A DNA stretch of 64,000 bases from Escherichia coli (GTDB lineage: Bacteria; Pseudomonadota; Gammaproteobacteria; Enterobacterales; Enterobacteriaceae): NCBI RefSeq assembly GCF_044324875.1, contig NZ_CP172185.1; one strand, written 5' to 3'. Below, piece after piece: positions 11,851 through 26,100 of this stretch. The notes beneath the pieces are model-generated. The model ran no database searches. It worked only from the letters and a program-made list of their open reading frames with translations, and had not been told where the DNA came from. Position numbers and translations under genes: made by a program. The first letter of the stretch is position 1. Each line of letters begins with the position of its first letter.

Positions 11851-12082
11851 CGTCATCCTCCAGTGGGATATCGCGATAGATAAATTTCACCATCGCCCAG
11901 CACAGTCCAATAAACAGCAGCGGCGTCAGGATGCAGGCCATCTCAAACCAGCGCGGAAAGCCGGTAAAACCGGGGGCAACGCCAGGTAAGTAAGCGGCTA
12001 CTAACCATACCGCCAGATACAAAAGGGTCAGCCCCAGCGCCCAGCGCGCCTCTTTATGGGCCTGAACAAAACGAGTGTCCAT
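11840..12082 (-). CDS. yhdT: Small inner-membrane protein YhdT (DUF997)
   Basis: ORF track 11840..12082 (80 aa), two hydrophobic segments; 3' end overlaps panF start by 11 nt. Confidence 0.85.
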   Translation of the reverse strand: MDTRFVQAHKEARWALGLTLLYLAVWLVAAYLPGVAPGFTGFPRWFEMACILTPLLFIGLCWAMVKFIYRDIPLEDDDAA

Positions 12083-12144
12083 TTTTTGTCCCTGATGGGT
12101 GAAGAAAGCGGGGATTGTACCTTATGGGGGTTGTCGATCCCCAG

Positions 12145-12172
12145 TAATAAAAAAGGCCGGAAAATCCGGCCT
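12145..12172 (-). terminator. Intrinsic terminator downstream of accC
   Basis: ggccgg-aaaatc-cggcc hairpin (12155-12171); on minus strand followed by T-run (plus aaaaaa 12149-12154). Confidence 0.65.
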
Positions 12173-12190
12173 TTTGACGCTTTTGCAGTC

Positions 12191-13540
12191 TTATTTTTCC
12201 TGAAGACCGAGTTTTTTCTCCAGATAGTGGATATTAGTACCACCATGCTGGAAGTTCTCGTCATTCATGATGCGGATCTGCAGATCAACGTTGGTTTTGA
12301 TACCGTCGATGATCAGCTCCTGCAGCGCATTCTTCATGCGGGCAATCGCCACGTCACGGTTTTCACCGTAGCAAATCAGCTTACCGATCATTGAGTCATA
12401 GTACGGCGGTACGGTGTAGCCCGCGTAGATATGAGACTCCCAACGTACGCCAAAACCGCCAGGTGCGTGGAAACGGGTGATTTTGCCCGGACTTGGCAGG
12501 AAGGTGTTCGGATCTTCGGCGTTGATACGACATTCCACCGCATGGCCGCGAACGTGAACTTCTTCTTGCTTGATCGACAGCGGTTGACCGGCAGCGATAC
12601 GCAGCTGTTCTTTGATCAGGTCAACGCCGGTGATCATTTCGGTAACCGGATGTTCTACCTGAATACGGGTGTTCATTTCGATGAAATAGAACTCGCCGTT
12701 TTCGAACAGGAACTCGAAAGTACCTGCACCGCGATAGCCGATATCAACACACGCTTTAGCGCAACGTTCGCCGATGTAGCGACGCAGTTCCGGGGTAATG
12801 CCCGGTGCTGGTGCTTCTTCGACCACTTTCTGGTGGCGGCGTTGCATGGAGCAGTCACGTTCCGCCAGATAGATAGCGTTGCCCTGACCGTCAGCCAGTA
12901 CCTGAATCTCGACGTGGCGAGGATTTTCCAGGTATTTCTCCATGTAAACCATATCGTTGCTGAAAGCAGCTTTCGCTTCCGCACGGGTCATGGAGATGGA
13001 TTGTGCCAGTTCAGCGTCGCCGCGCACTACGCGCATACCGCGACCACCGCCGCCGCCGGAGGCTTTGATAATCACCGGATAACCAATGCGTTTAGCAATG
13101 GCGCGGTTTTTATCCATATCGTCGCCCAGCGGGCCGTCAGAACCCGGTACGCAAGGAACGCCTGCTTTTTTCATCGCCGCGATTGCGGATACTTTGTCGC
13201 CCATCAGGCGAATGGTTTCTGCTTTCGGGCCGATGAAGATAAAGCCGGAGCGCTCAACCTGCTCGGCAAAGTTGGCGTTCTCGGAGAGGAAGCCGTAACC
13301 CGGATGGATTGCTACTGCGCCGGTGATTTCAGCGGCGCTGATGATTGCCGGGATGTTCAGATAACTTTTTACTGATGGAGCAGGGCCGATACAGACCGTT
13401 TCATCTGCCAGTAATACGTGTTTTAGATCGCGATCCGCGCTGGAGTGCACAGCGACAGTCTTGATGCCCAGTTCTTTACAGGCACGAAGAATACGCAATG
13501 CAATCTCGCCGCGGTTGGCAATAACAATTTTATCCAGCAT
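12191..13540 (-). CDS. accC: Biotin carboxylase subunit of acetyl-CoA carboxylase
   Basis: ORF track 12191..13579; start set at internal Met [33 protein letters not shown] (449 aa), 10 bp after accB stop. Confidence 0.96.
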
Positions 13541-13550
13541 GTTCGCCTCG

Positions 13551-14021
13551 TTACTCGATGACGACCAGCGGCTCGTCAAATTCTACCGGTTGTCCACTTT
13601 CGACCAGAATTGCTTTCACGGTACCGGATTTGTCCGCTTCGATCTGGTTCATCATTTTCATGGCTTCAACGATGCACAGGGTATCGCCCACGTTGACTTT
13701 CTGACCCACTTCGATGAACGCTTTCGCGTCCGGGCTTGGGGTGCGGTAGAAAGTACCAACCATCGGGGAACGTACGATGTGACCACTGATTTCCGCTGCT
13801 GCTGGCGCTTCCATTGAAGGAACGGTCGCCGGAGCGGCTGCGTTAGATTGAGCTGGCTGCTGCATCATTGGTGCAGCGTAAGCTTGTTGCATCACAGGGA
13901 AACTTGCGGCAGGAGCTGCACGGCTAATGCGTACTGACTCTTCGCCTTCAGAAATTTCCAGTTCGGAGATGCCTGATTCTTCAACCAGCTCGATCAGTTT
14001 TTTAATCTTACGAATATCCAT
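13551..14021 (-). CDS. accB: Biotin carboxyl carrier protein
   Basis: ORF track 13551..14021 (156 aa) [34 protein letters not shown]...; biotinylation motif [10 protein letters not shown]; Ala/Pro-rich linker. Confidence 0.97.
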
Positions 14022-14998
14022 GAGTGGGTTCCGTACTCTTTGTTTAGTGTGATTGTGACAGGCGTTTCACCGCCGTCTGTAAAGCGTATGCCCCGACAGC
14101 TGTATGCATAGCGATAAATTCCAGCAGGCCGGGACGCCGGTCTATTTTGCCCCAGAGTGTCAATGTTAGACTTGACGGACATTGTGCAGCGATCTGCTGC
14201 TATCCTCCGGCAAAAAACAAAATATACCTTCGTTGCGCCAATGTCACCTTTTCCGCAGCGCAAAAACTGCGTCAGGGAGGACGAGGTCGCACATTATAAC
14301 GATTTCGTAGCAATTGGCAGCTAAATACTGGTCTTATCAGGGAAGATAATCAACAGCTAACATGTAAATAACCTTCAACACCGTGTAATTTGCAACAAGC
14401 CGCACAATTCACGAAATTAGCGCCATCATCGACGGAACTTCTTATAACGTAAGGTGAAAAGCTGTAAAGCCAGCCCTGCGAAGATGAGGGGCTGCAATGA
14501 GATAATCTTCACAGACCACAAATAATCTAGGGATGCCAGGATCGCGACAAGATAGACGACATTACGCAGCGGTTGCTGAGGATTACGCAATTTTCACTTC
14601 ATCGTCTGGATAGATGTGAATGCTAAAGCACGCAAAATCAACCGTCTGACAATGCTCAGCATCAAATACGTTCGAGTGGTTAATTTGTAGGCAAATAAAA
14701 TCAGATTATTCACCCCATGGTACCAGAAATCAGTAACAGGTTAAGCGTAGCGTCGCCCAGGCAAAGCACCATAAACCTAACAGGCGACGGAGGCGTATCA
14801 ATAATGGCTGTTTAGTGGAGTAACAGTGCGCATCAATTTATGGTCAGTCGAAATCATGACTTTCCAGTTTGGATGATGTTGTACAACTTCATGACCAAGA
14901 TGTTCGACGAAAGCTGTCCGGCTAACCGCTTTTCCCGTTAACCGATTGAATAATGATTTCAAAATGAGTTCCCTCTCTTATTAATCCTTGCTAAATGG

Positions 14999-15973
14999 TT
15001 AGTTAACCTTCACCAGCGTGCGACCCTGGATCTGGTTATTAATGATGGCCTCGGCAAACTTCGGTGCCTCTGCCAGAGATATCTCTTTTGCCGCCTGGGT
15101 ATAGAATGATTCCGGTAAATCGGCGACCAGTCGCTGCCAGGCTTGTGCGCGGCGTGCTGGTGGCGTCATCACTGAATCCACCCCCTGTAAACGGACATTA
15201 CGCAGAATAAATGGCATGACCGTGGTTGGCAGAGTAAAACCACCCGCCAGACCACAGGCCGCCACGCAGCCGCCGTAATTCATTTGCGCCAGCACTTTTG
15301 CAAGCACTTTGTCGCCAACGGTGTCAATTGCCCCAGCCCAGACTTGTTTTTCCAGAGGACGGGATTCGGCAAACTCATCGCGAGGGAGAATACGGCTGGC
15401 TCCTAAACTTTTCAGATATTCATGGGTACTTTCGCGACCAGAAACGGCAACGACCTGATAACCCAACTTATGCAGCAGCGCCACGGCGGTACTGCCGACG
15501 CCACCACTGGCACCCGTCACGACAATCTCCCCATCCTGCGGGCGAACACCGGCATCTTCCAGTGCCATCACACACAGCATGGCGGTAAAACCGGCAGTAC
15601 CGATAATCATTGCTTTACGCGCGTCCAGCCCTTGCGGCATGGCAACCAGCCAGTCACCTTTCACTCGCGCCTGCTCCGCCAGCCCACCCCAGTGGTTTTC
15701 ACCAACGCCCCAGCCAGTGAGTAATACGTCCTGACCGGCATGAAAACGCGGATCTTCGCTGGTGCGTACAGTTCCGGCAAAATCGATCCCAGGAATCATC
15801 GGAAAATTACGGATGATTTTTCCCTTACCGGTAATCGCCAGCGCATCTTTGTAGTTCAGGCTCGACCAGTGAACATCAACCGTGACATCGCCCTCCGGCA
15901 GGCAACTTTCGTCCAGAGTCTTTACCGATGCGAGAGTTTTGCCGTCCTGCTGTTCTAAAAGTAACGCCTGCAT
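14999..15973 (-). CDS. acuI: Acrylyl-CoA reductase / quinone oxidoreductase-like (YhdH)
   Basis: ORF track 14999..15973 (324 aa) MQALLLEQQDGKTLASVKTLDESCLPEGDVTVDVHWSSLNYKD...; MDR-superfamily, nucleotide-binding GASGGVGS. Confidence 0.9.
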   Translation of the reverse strand: MQALLLEQQDGKTLASVKTLDESCLPEGDVTVDVHWSSLNYKDALAITGKGKIIRNFPMIPGIDFAGTVRTSEDPRFHAGQDVLLTGWGVGENHWGGLAEQARVKGDWLVAMPQGLDARKAMIIGTAGFTAMLCVMALEDAGVRPQDGEIVVTGASGGVGSTAVALLHKLGYQVVAVSGRESTHEYLKSLGASRILPRDEFAESRPLEKQVWAGAIDTVGDKVLAKVLAQMNYGGCVAACGLAGGFTLPTTVMPFILRNVRLQGVDSVMTPPARRAQAWQRLVADLPESFYTQAAKEISLAEAPKFAEAIINNQIQGRTLVKVN

Positions 15974-16124
15974 AAGTGGTCCTCATGTGCATGATGGATT
16001 GGAAAATAATTTCTGAAGACTATACTCGCTAATGGAAAAGCAAAGCCGATGAAGCGCAATAAATTGCGAGATAAATCTGATTTGCTAGTATGCCCGCTTC
16101 CTCACTATCGGAGTTAACACAAGG

Positions 16125-18065
16125 ATGAGATTAACGACGAAATTTTCGGCCTTTGTTACGCTGCTCACCGGGTTAACAATTTTTGTGACTTTGCTGGGCT
16201 GTTCGCTAAGTTTCTACAATGCCATTCAGTATAAGTTTAGTCATCGCGTTCAGGCGGTGGCGACGGCAATTGATACCCACCTTGTGTCGAATGACTTCAG
16301 CGCATTAAGGCCACAAATTACCGAATTAATGATGTCGGCAGATATCGTTCGTGTAGACCTGCTGCATGGTGATAAACAGGTATATACCCTGGCCAGAAAT
16401 GGAAGTTATCGTCCGGTTGGCACCAGCGATCTGTTTCGCGAACTGAGCGTTCCGTTGATAAAGCATCCGGGGATGTCGCTGCGTCTGGTTTATCAGGATC
16501 CGATGGGCAACTATTTCCATTCGTTGATGACCACCGCGCCGCTCACGGGGGCGATTGGCTTTATCATTCTTATGCTCTTTCTGGCGGTACGCTGGTTACA
16601 ACGGCAACTTGCCGGGCAAGAATTGCTGGAAACCCGGGCTACTCGTATCTTAAACGGTGAGCGTGGCTCTAATGTTTTGGGAACCATCTATGAATGGCCG
16701 CCCAGAACCAGCAGTGCGCTGGATACGCTGCTTCGTGAAATTCAGAACGCACGCGAACAACACAGCCGTCTTGATACGCTGATCCGCTCTTATGCCGCCC
16801 AGGACATGAAAACCGGCCTCAATAACCGACTCTTCTTCGATAATCAGTTAGCAACGTTACTGGAAGATCAGGAGAAAGTAGGTACCCACGGGATCGTGAT
16901 GATGATTCGTCTTCCGGATTTCAATATGTTGAGCGATACCTGGGGGCACAGCCAGGTTGAAGAACAGTTCTTCACTCTGACGAATCTGCTGTCGACATTT
17001 ATGATGCGCTACCCTGGCGCACTGCTGGCGCGTTACCACCGCAGTGATTTTGCTGTGCTGTTACCGCACCGGACGTTAAAAGAGGCAGAGAGCATCGCCG
17101 GTCAGTTAATCAAAGCCGTCGATACCTTGCCGAACAATAAAATGCTCGATCGCGACGATATGATCCACATTGGTATCTGCGCCTGGCGTAGTGGTCAGGA
17201 TACCGAGCAGGTAATGGAACATGCAGAGTCTGCCACGCGTAATGCGGGATTGCAGGGCGGCAATAGCTGGGCTATTTACGATGACTCGTTGCCTGAAAAA
17301 GGACGCGGTAATGTTCGCTGGCGTACGCTTATCGAGCAAATGCTCAGTCGCGGCGGCCCGCGCCTTTATCAAAAACCGGCGGTTACTCGCGAAGGTCAGG
17401 TTCATCATCGCGAACTCATGTGCCGCATCTTCGATGGTAACGAAGAGGTTAGCTCGGCGGAGTATATGCCGATGGTCTTGCAGTTTGGCTTATCGGAAGA
17501 GTATGACCGCCTGCAAATCAGCCGTCTTATTCCACTATTGCGTTACTGGCCTGAGGAAAATCTGGCGATTCAGGTTACTGTTGAGTCGCTGATTCGCCCG
17601 CGTTTTCAGCGTTGGCTGCGAGATACGTTAATGCAATGTGAAAGATCGCAACGAAAACGCATAATTATTGAACTTGCAGAGGCCGATGTAGGTCAACATA
17701 TCAGTCGCTTACAACCTGTTATTCGTTTAGTGAATGCTTTAGGGGTACGGGTAGCCGTCAACCAGGCTGGTTTGACGCTGGTAAGCACCAGTTGGATCAA
17801 AGAACTTAATGTTGAGTTACTCAAGCTCCATCCGGGGCTGGTCAGAAACATTGAGAAGCGAACGGAGAACCAGCTGCTGGTTCAAAGCCTGGTGGAAGCC
17901 TGCTCCGGGACCAGCACCCAGGTTTACGCCACCGGCGTGCGTTCGCGAAGCGAGTGGCAGACCCTGATTCAGCGCGGTGTTACAGGTGGGCAAGGGGATT
18001 TTTTCGCGTCCTCACAGCCACTTGATACTAACGTGAAAAAATATTCACAAAGATACTCGGTTTAA
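16125..18065 (+). CDS. csrD: CsrB/CsrC sRNA decay regulator (degenerate GGDEF-EAL protein)
   Basis: ORF track 16125..18065 (646 aa); N-terminal TM segments; length and position (divergent from acuI, upstream of mreB) match CsrD; ATG confirmed at 16125. Confidence 0.92.
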   Translation: MRLTTKFSAFVTLLTGLTIFVTLLGCSLSFYNAIQYKFSHRVQAVATAIDTHLVSNDFSALRPQITELMMSADIVRVDLLHGDKQVYTLARNGSYRPVGTSDLFRELSVPLIKHPGMSLRLVYQDPMGNYFHSLMTTAPLTGAIGFIILMLFLAVRWLQRQLAGQELLETRATRILNGERGSNVLGTIYEWPPRTSSALDTLLREIQNAREQHSRLDTLIRSYAAQDMKTGLNNRLFFDNQLATLLEDQEKVGTHGIVMMIRLPDFNMLSDTWGHSQVEEQFFTLTNLLSTFMMRYPGALLARYHRSDFAVLLPHRTLKEAESIAGQLIKAVDTLPNNKMLDRDDMIHIGICAWRSGQDTEQVMEHAESATRNAGLQGGNSWAIYDDSLPEKGRGNVRWRTLIEQMLSRGGPRLYQKPAVTREGQVHHRELMCRIFDGNEEVSSAEYMPMVLQFGLSEEYDRLQISRLIPLLRYWPEENLAIQVTVESLIRPRFQRWLRDTLMQCERSQRKRIIIELAEADVGQHISRLQPVIRLVNALGVRVAVNQAGLTLVSTSWIKELNVELLKLHPGLVRNIEKRTENQLLVQSLVEACSGTSTQVYATGVRSRSEWQTLIQRGVTGGQGDFFASSQPLDTNVKKYSQRYSV

Positions 18066-18243
18066 CCTGCCGTTTAATCCGTTTTCACGTAGAATAACGC
18101 GCGCTGCGTCTCATGGGAGTGTGCTTGTCTGCTCGCCAGATTGTTGCAGCACATATGCAGATGAATGACCTTACGCGGTTGCAAACAGGCGAGGAATGCT
18201 GCTGATGCATTAAGCCTTTCTGGACTCAGGCAGAGATTTGTAA

Positions 18244-19413
<1,170 letters not shown>

Positions 19414-19478
19414 TCGGATGCAGGCAGGGGAAGCGTCTGTTTACCCTGCCTGGTCTGATACGAGAATACGCATAACTT

Positions 19479-21070
<1,592 letters not shown>

Positions 21071-21078
21071 AGGTTTCT

Positions 21079-21672
21079 ATGACTTCTCTGTATTTAGCTT
21101 CCGGTTCTCCGCGTCGTCAGGAGTTACTTGCGCAACTTGGCGTAACCTTTGAACGTATTGTTACGGGCATTGAGGAGCAGCGTCAGCCGCAGGAGAGCGC
21201 GCAGCAGTATGTTGTGCGTCTGGCGCGCGAGAAAGCACAGGCGGGTGTCGCGCAAACGGCGCAGGATCTCCCGGTGTTGGGTGCGGATACTATCGTTATC
21301 CTGAATGGAGAAGTGCTGGAGAAACCGCGCGGCGCAGAGCATGCGGCGCAGATGTTGCGCAAATTATCGGGGCAGACCCATCAGGTGATGACGGCAGTGG
21401 CGTTGGCCGACAGTCAGCACATTCTCGATTGCCTGGTGGTCACCGATGTGACTTTCAGAACGTTAACAGACGAAGACATCGCGGGCTATGTCGCCAGCGG
21501 TGAACCGTTAGATAAAGCAGGTGCATACGGTATTCAGGGGCTGGGTGGCTGTTTTGTCAGGAAGATAAATGGCAGCTATCACGCCGTAGTCGGCTTACCG
21601 CTGGTTGAAACGTATGAATTATTAAGTAATTTTAACGCACTGCGTGAGAAAAGGGATAAACATGACGGCTGA
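21079..21672 (+). CDS. yhdE: Maf-family nucleoside triphosphate pyrophosphatase (YhdE)
   Basis: ORF track 21019..21672; start set at [22 protein letters not shown] (197 aa); Maf signature SGSPRR. Confidence 0.92.
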   Translation: MTSLYLASGSPRRQELLAQLGVTFERIVTGIEEQRQPQESAQQYVVRLAREKAQAGVAQTAQDLPVLGADTIVILNGEVLEKPRGAEHAAQMLRKLSGQTHQVMTAVALADSQHILDCLVVTDVTFRTLTDEDIAGYVASGEPLDKAGAYGIQGLGGCFVRKINGSYHAVVGLPLVETYELLSNFNALREKRDKHDG

Positions 21673-23131
21673 ATTGTTGGTAAACGTAACGCCTTCGGAA
21701 ACGCGAGTGGCGTATATTGATGGCGGTATTCTGCAGGAAATTCATATTGAACGTGAGGCGCGACGCGGAATAGTAGGCAATATCTACAAGGGTCGTGTAA
21801 GTCGTGTACTTCCGGGTATGCAGGCGGCTTTTGTAGATATTGGGCTGGATAAAGCCGCGTTTCTTCATGCATCCGATATCATGCCGCACACTGAATGTGT
21901 GGCGGGTGAAGAACAAAAGCAATTCACGGTACGCGACATCTCGGAACTGGTCCGTCAGGGGCAAGATCTGATGGTGCAGGTGGTGAAAGATCCGCTTGGC
22001 ACTAAAGGTGCGCGCCTGACTACCGATATCACGCTGCCTTCTCGCTATCTGGTGTTTATGCCAGGGGCTTCTCACGTTGGGGTTTCCCAACGTATTGAAA
22101 GCGAATCAGAACGTGAACGCCTGAAAAAAGTGGTCGCAGAGTATTGCGACGAGCAGGGCGGGTTTATCATCCGTACCGCAGCGGAAGGGGTTGGCGAGGC
22201 TGAACTGGCCTCCGATGCCGCTTATCTGAAACGCGTCTGGACCAAAGTTATGGAGCGTAAAAAGCGCCCGCAGACTCGTTATCAGCTGTACGGCGAACTG
22301 GCGCTGGCGCAGCGTGTTCTGCGTGATTTCGCCGACGCCGAACTCGACCGCATTCGCGTTGACTCACGCCTGACTTACGAAGCATTGCTGGAGTTTACCT
22401 CGGAGTACATTCCCGAGATGACCAGCAAGCTGGAGCATTACACCGGACGCCAGCCGATTTTCGATCTCTTTGATGTCGAAAACGAAATTCAGCGAGCGCT
22501 GGAACGCAAAGTAGAACTGAAATCCGGTGGCTATCTGATTATCGACCAGACCGAAGCGATGACCACCGTAGACATCAATACCGGGGCGTTTGTCGGTCAT
22601 CGCAATCTGGACGACACCATTTTCAATACCAATATTGAAGCGACGCAGGCTATCGCTCGCCAGTTACGGTTGCGTAATCTGGGCGGGATTATCATTATTG
22701 ATTTCATCGATATGAATAATGAAGATCACCGCCGCCGCGTGCTGCACTCGCTGGAGCAGGCGTTGAGCAAAGACCGGGTGAAAACCAGCGTTAATGGTTT
22801 TTCGGCGCTGGGGCTGGTGGAGATGACGCGTAAACGCACCCGCGAAAGCATTGAGCACGTACTATGTAACGAATGCCCAACCTGCCACGGTCGCGGAACG
22901 GTGAAAACCGTGGAAACGGTATGCTATGAAATCATGCGCGAGATTGTTCGTGTACACCATGCTTATGATTCCGACCGTTTCCTGGTCTATGCTTCTCCGG
23001 CAGTAGCTGAAGCCTTGAAAGGTGAAGAGTCACACTCGCTGGCGGAAGTGGAAATTTTCGTTGGCAAACAGGTTAAAGTACAAATTGAACCGCTCTATAA
23101 CCAGGAGCAGTTTGACGTCGTAATGATGTAA
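21662..23131 (+). CDS. rng: Ribonuclease G
   Basis: ORF track 21644..23131; start set at [31 protein letters not shown] (489 aa); S1 domain plus RNase E/G catalytic core; overlaps yhdE end. Confidence 0.95.
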
Positions 23132-23198
23132 ACAGATGCTGGGCCGCCATCCGGCAAAGGGTTTTTGAGTCACATTTTTAGCAGACAAGGAGTGACGG

Positions 23199-26100
23199 GT
23201 GAGGCGATTGCCGGGGATATTACTGCTTACTGGAGCCGCGCTCGTTGTGATCGCTGCCCTGCTGGTTAGCGGCCTGCGTATTGCTTTACCGCATCTTGAT
23301 GCCTGGCGTCCGGAAATCCTCAACAAAATAGAATCCGCGACTGGCATGCCGGTAGAAGCCAGTCAGCTCTCAGCCAGCTGGCAGAATTTTGGCCCGACGC
23401 TTGAAGCACACGACATCCGTGCAGAACTAAAGGATGGCGGCGAATTTTCGGTTAAACGCGTTACTCTTGCGCTAGATGTCTGGCAGAGCCTGTTACATAT
23501 GCGCTGGCAGTTTCGCGACCTCACTTTCTGGCAGCTGCGCTTTCGCACCAACACTCCTATCACCAGCGGCGGTGGTAATGATAGCCTGGAAGCCAGTCAC
23601 ATCAGCGATCTGTTTCTTCGTCAGTTCGACCATTTTGATCTCCGCGACAGTGAAGTCAGTTTCCTGACGCCATCCGGTCAGCGCGCCGAGCTGGTGATCC
23701 CACAACTCACCTGGCTGAACGATCCACGTCGACACCGTGCAGAAGGCCTGGTAAGCCTCTCCAGCCTTACCGGACAGCACGGCGTGATGCAGGTGCGCAT
23801 GGATTTGCGCGATGATGAGGGGTTGTTAAGCAATGGTCGCGTCTGGCTCCAGGCGGATGACATCGACCTGAAGCCGTGGCTCGGTAAATGGATGCAGGAC
23901 AATATTGCGCTGGAAACGGCACAGTTCTCCCTTGAAGGCTGGATGACGATCGACAAAGGCGATGTAACCGGCGGTGACGTCTGGCTGAAACAGGGCGGTG
24001 CCAGCTGGTTGGGCGAGAAGCAAACGCATACGCTGTCGGTGGATAATCTGACCGCGCATATTACGCGTGAAAATCCAGGCTGGCAGTTCTCTATTCCCGA
24101 TACACGGATCACGATGGACGGCAAACCCTGGCCGAGCGGAGCATTGACGCTGGCCTGGATACCGGAACAGGACGTTGGCGGCAAAGACAATAAACGCAGT
24201 GACGAACTCCGGATTCGCGCCAGTAATCTGGAGCTGGCAGGCCTGGAGGGCATACGCCCGCTGGCCGCGAAACTTTCACCTGCACTGGGTGATGTTTGGC
24301 GCTCCACACAACCGAGCGGCAAGATTAACACTCTGGCGCTGGATATCCCGCTTCAGGCGGCAGACAAGACCCGTTTTCAGGCATCGTGGAGCGATCTGGC
24401 CTGGAATCAATGGAAATTATTACCGGGTACGGAACACTTCTCCGGGACGCTTTCCGGCAGCGTAGAAAATGGTTTGCTTACCGCGTCGATGAAACAGGCA
24501 AAGATGCCTTACGAAACGGTATTCCGTGCGCCACTGGAAATCGCCGACGGCCAGGCAACGATAAGCTGGCTGAACAATGACAAAGGTTTCCAGCTGGATG
24601 GGCGTAATATTGACGTTAAAGCCAAAGCCGTCCATGCGCGCGGCGGTTTTCGTTACCTGCAACCAGCTAACGATGAACCCTGGCTGGGTATTCTGGCTGG
24701 CATCAGTACCGATGATGGTTCACAAGCCTGGCGCTATTTCCCGGAAAACTTGATGGGTAAAGACCTGGTTGATTACTTAAGTGGCGCGATTCAGGGCGGA
24801 GAAGCGGATAACGCGACGCTGGTTTATGGTGGCAATCCGCAACTCTTCCCCTATAAACACAATGAAGGTCAGTTTGAAGTGCTGGTGCCGCTGCGCAACG
24901 CGAAGTTTGCCTTCCAGCCGGACTGGCCTGCATTAACTAACCTTGATATTGAACTGGACTTTATTAACGACGGTTTATGGATGAAAACCGATGGCGTTAA
25001 TCTGGGCGGCGTGCGTGCGAGTAATCTCACCGCAGTGATCCCTGACTACTCGAAAGAAAAACTGCTGATTGACGCTGACATTAAAGGTCCGGGTAAAGCC
25101 GTCGGCCCTTACTTTGATGAGACACCGCTGAAAGATTCTCTGGGTGCAACCCTGCAAGAACTCCAGCTCGACGGCGATGTGAATGCTCGCTTACATCTCG
25201 ATATTCCGCTGAACGGCGAACTGGTAACCGCGAAAGGTGAAGTGACGCTGCGTAATAACAGTCTGTTTATCAAACCACTCGACAGCACCCTGAAAAATTT
25301 GAGCGGTAAATTCAGCTTTATCAATGGCGATTTGCAAAGTGAACCACTGACAGCAAGCTGGTTTAATCAGCCGTTGAACGTGGATTTTTCCACCAAAGAA
25401 GGGGCAAAAGCCTACCAGGTTGCGGTGAATCTCAACGGTAACTGGCAACCAGCGAAAACCGGCGTTCTGCCTGCAGCGGTGAACGAAGCATTAAGTGGCA
25501 GCGTGGCGTGGGATGGTAAAGTGGGCATTGATCTGCCTTATCATGCTGGCGCGACCTATAACGTAGAGCTAAACGGCGATTTGAAGAATGTGAGCAGTCA
25601 CTTACCTTCACCGTTAGCCAAACCTGCGGGTGAACCACTGCCGGTAAACGTTAAAGTTGATGGCAATCTCAACAGCTTTGAGTTAACCGGACAGGCTGGT
25701 GCAGATAACCATTTCAATAGCCGCTGGTTGCTTGGTCAAAAGCTGACGCTCGACCGTGCTATTTGGGCGGCAGACAGTAAAACGCTCCCGCCGTTGCCGG
25801 AACAAAGTGGCGTTGAACTCAATATGCCGCCGATGAATGGTGCCGAGTGGCTGGCCCTGTTCCAGAAAGGCGCGGCGGAGAGTGTCGGTGGTGCAGCGAG
25901 TTTCCCACAACACATAACGTTACGTACGCCTATGTTGTCGCTGGGAAATCAGCAATGGAATAACCTGAGTATTGTTTCGCAACCGACGGCAAATGGCACC
26001 CTGGTTGAGGCGCAAGGGCGTGAAATCAACGCCACGCTGGCGATGCGTAATAACGCGCCGTGGCTGGCGAATATCAAATATCTTTATTACAACCCGAGCG

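Noticed and set aside
12431-13375. 314-aa plus-strand ORF antisense to accC
   Set aside because: Long antisense ORF within a highly conserved gene; reverse-strand ORFs of this kind are common artefacts.
14873-14941. 22-codon ORF (MMLYNFMTKMFDESCPANRFSR) in the accB upstream region
   Set aside because: No convincing Shine-Dalgarno, very short, no supporting evidence; mentioned in findings only as a possibility.
23678-24331. 217-aa minus-strand ORF (and several 60-100 aa ORFs) antisense to yhdP
   Set aside because: All lie within the 3.8-kb yhdP coding sequence on the opposite strand; Ser/Pro/Arg-rich translations typical of antisense frames.
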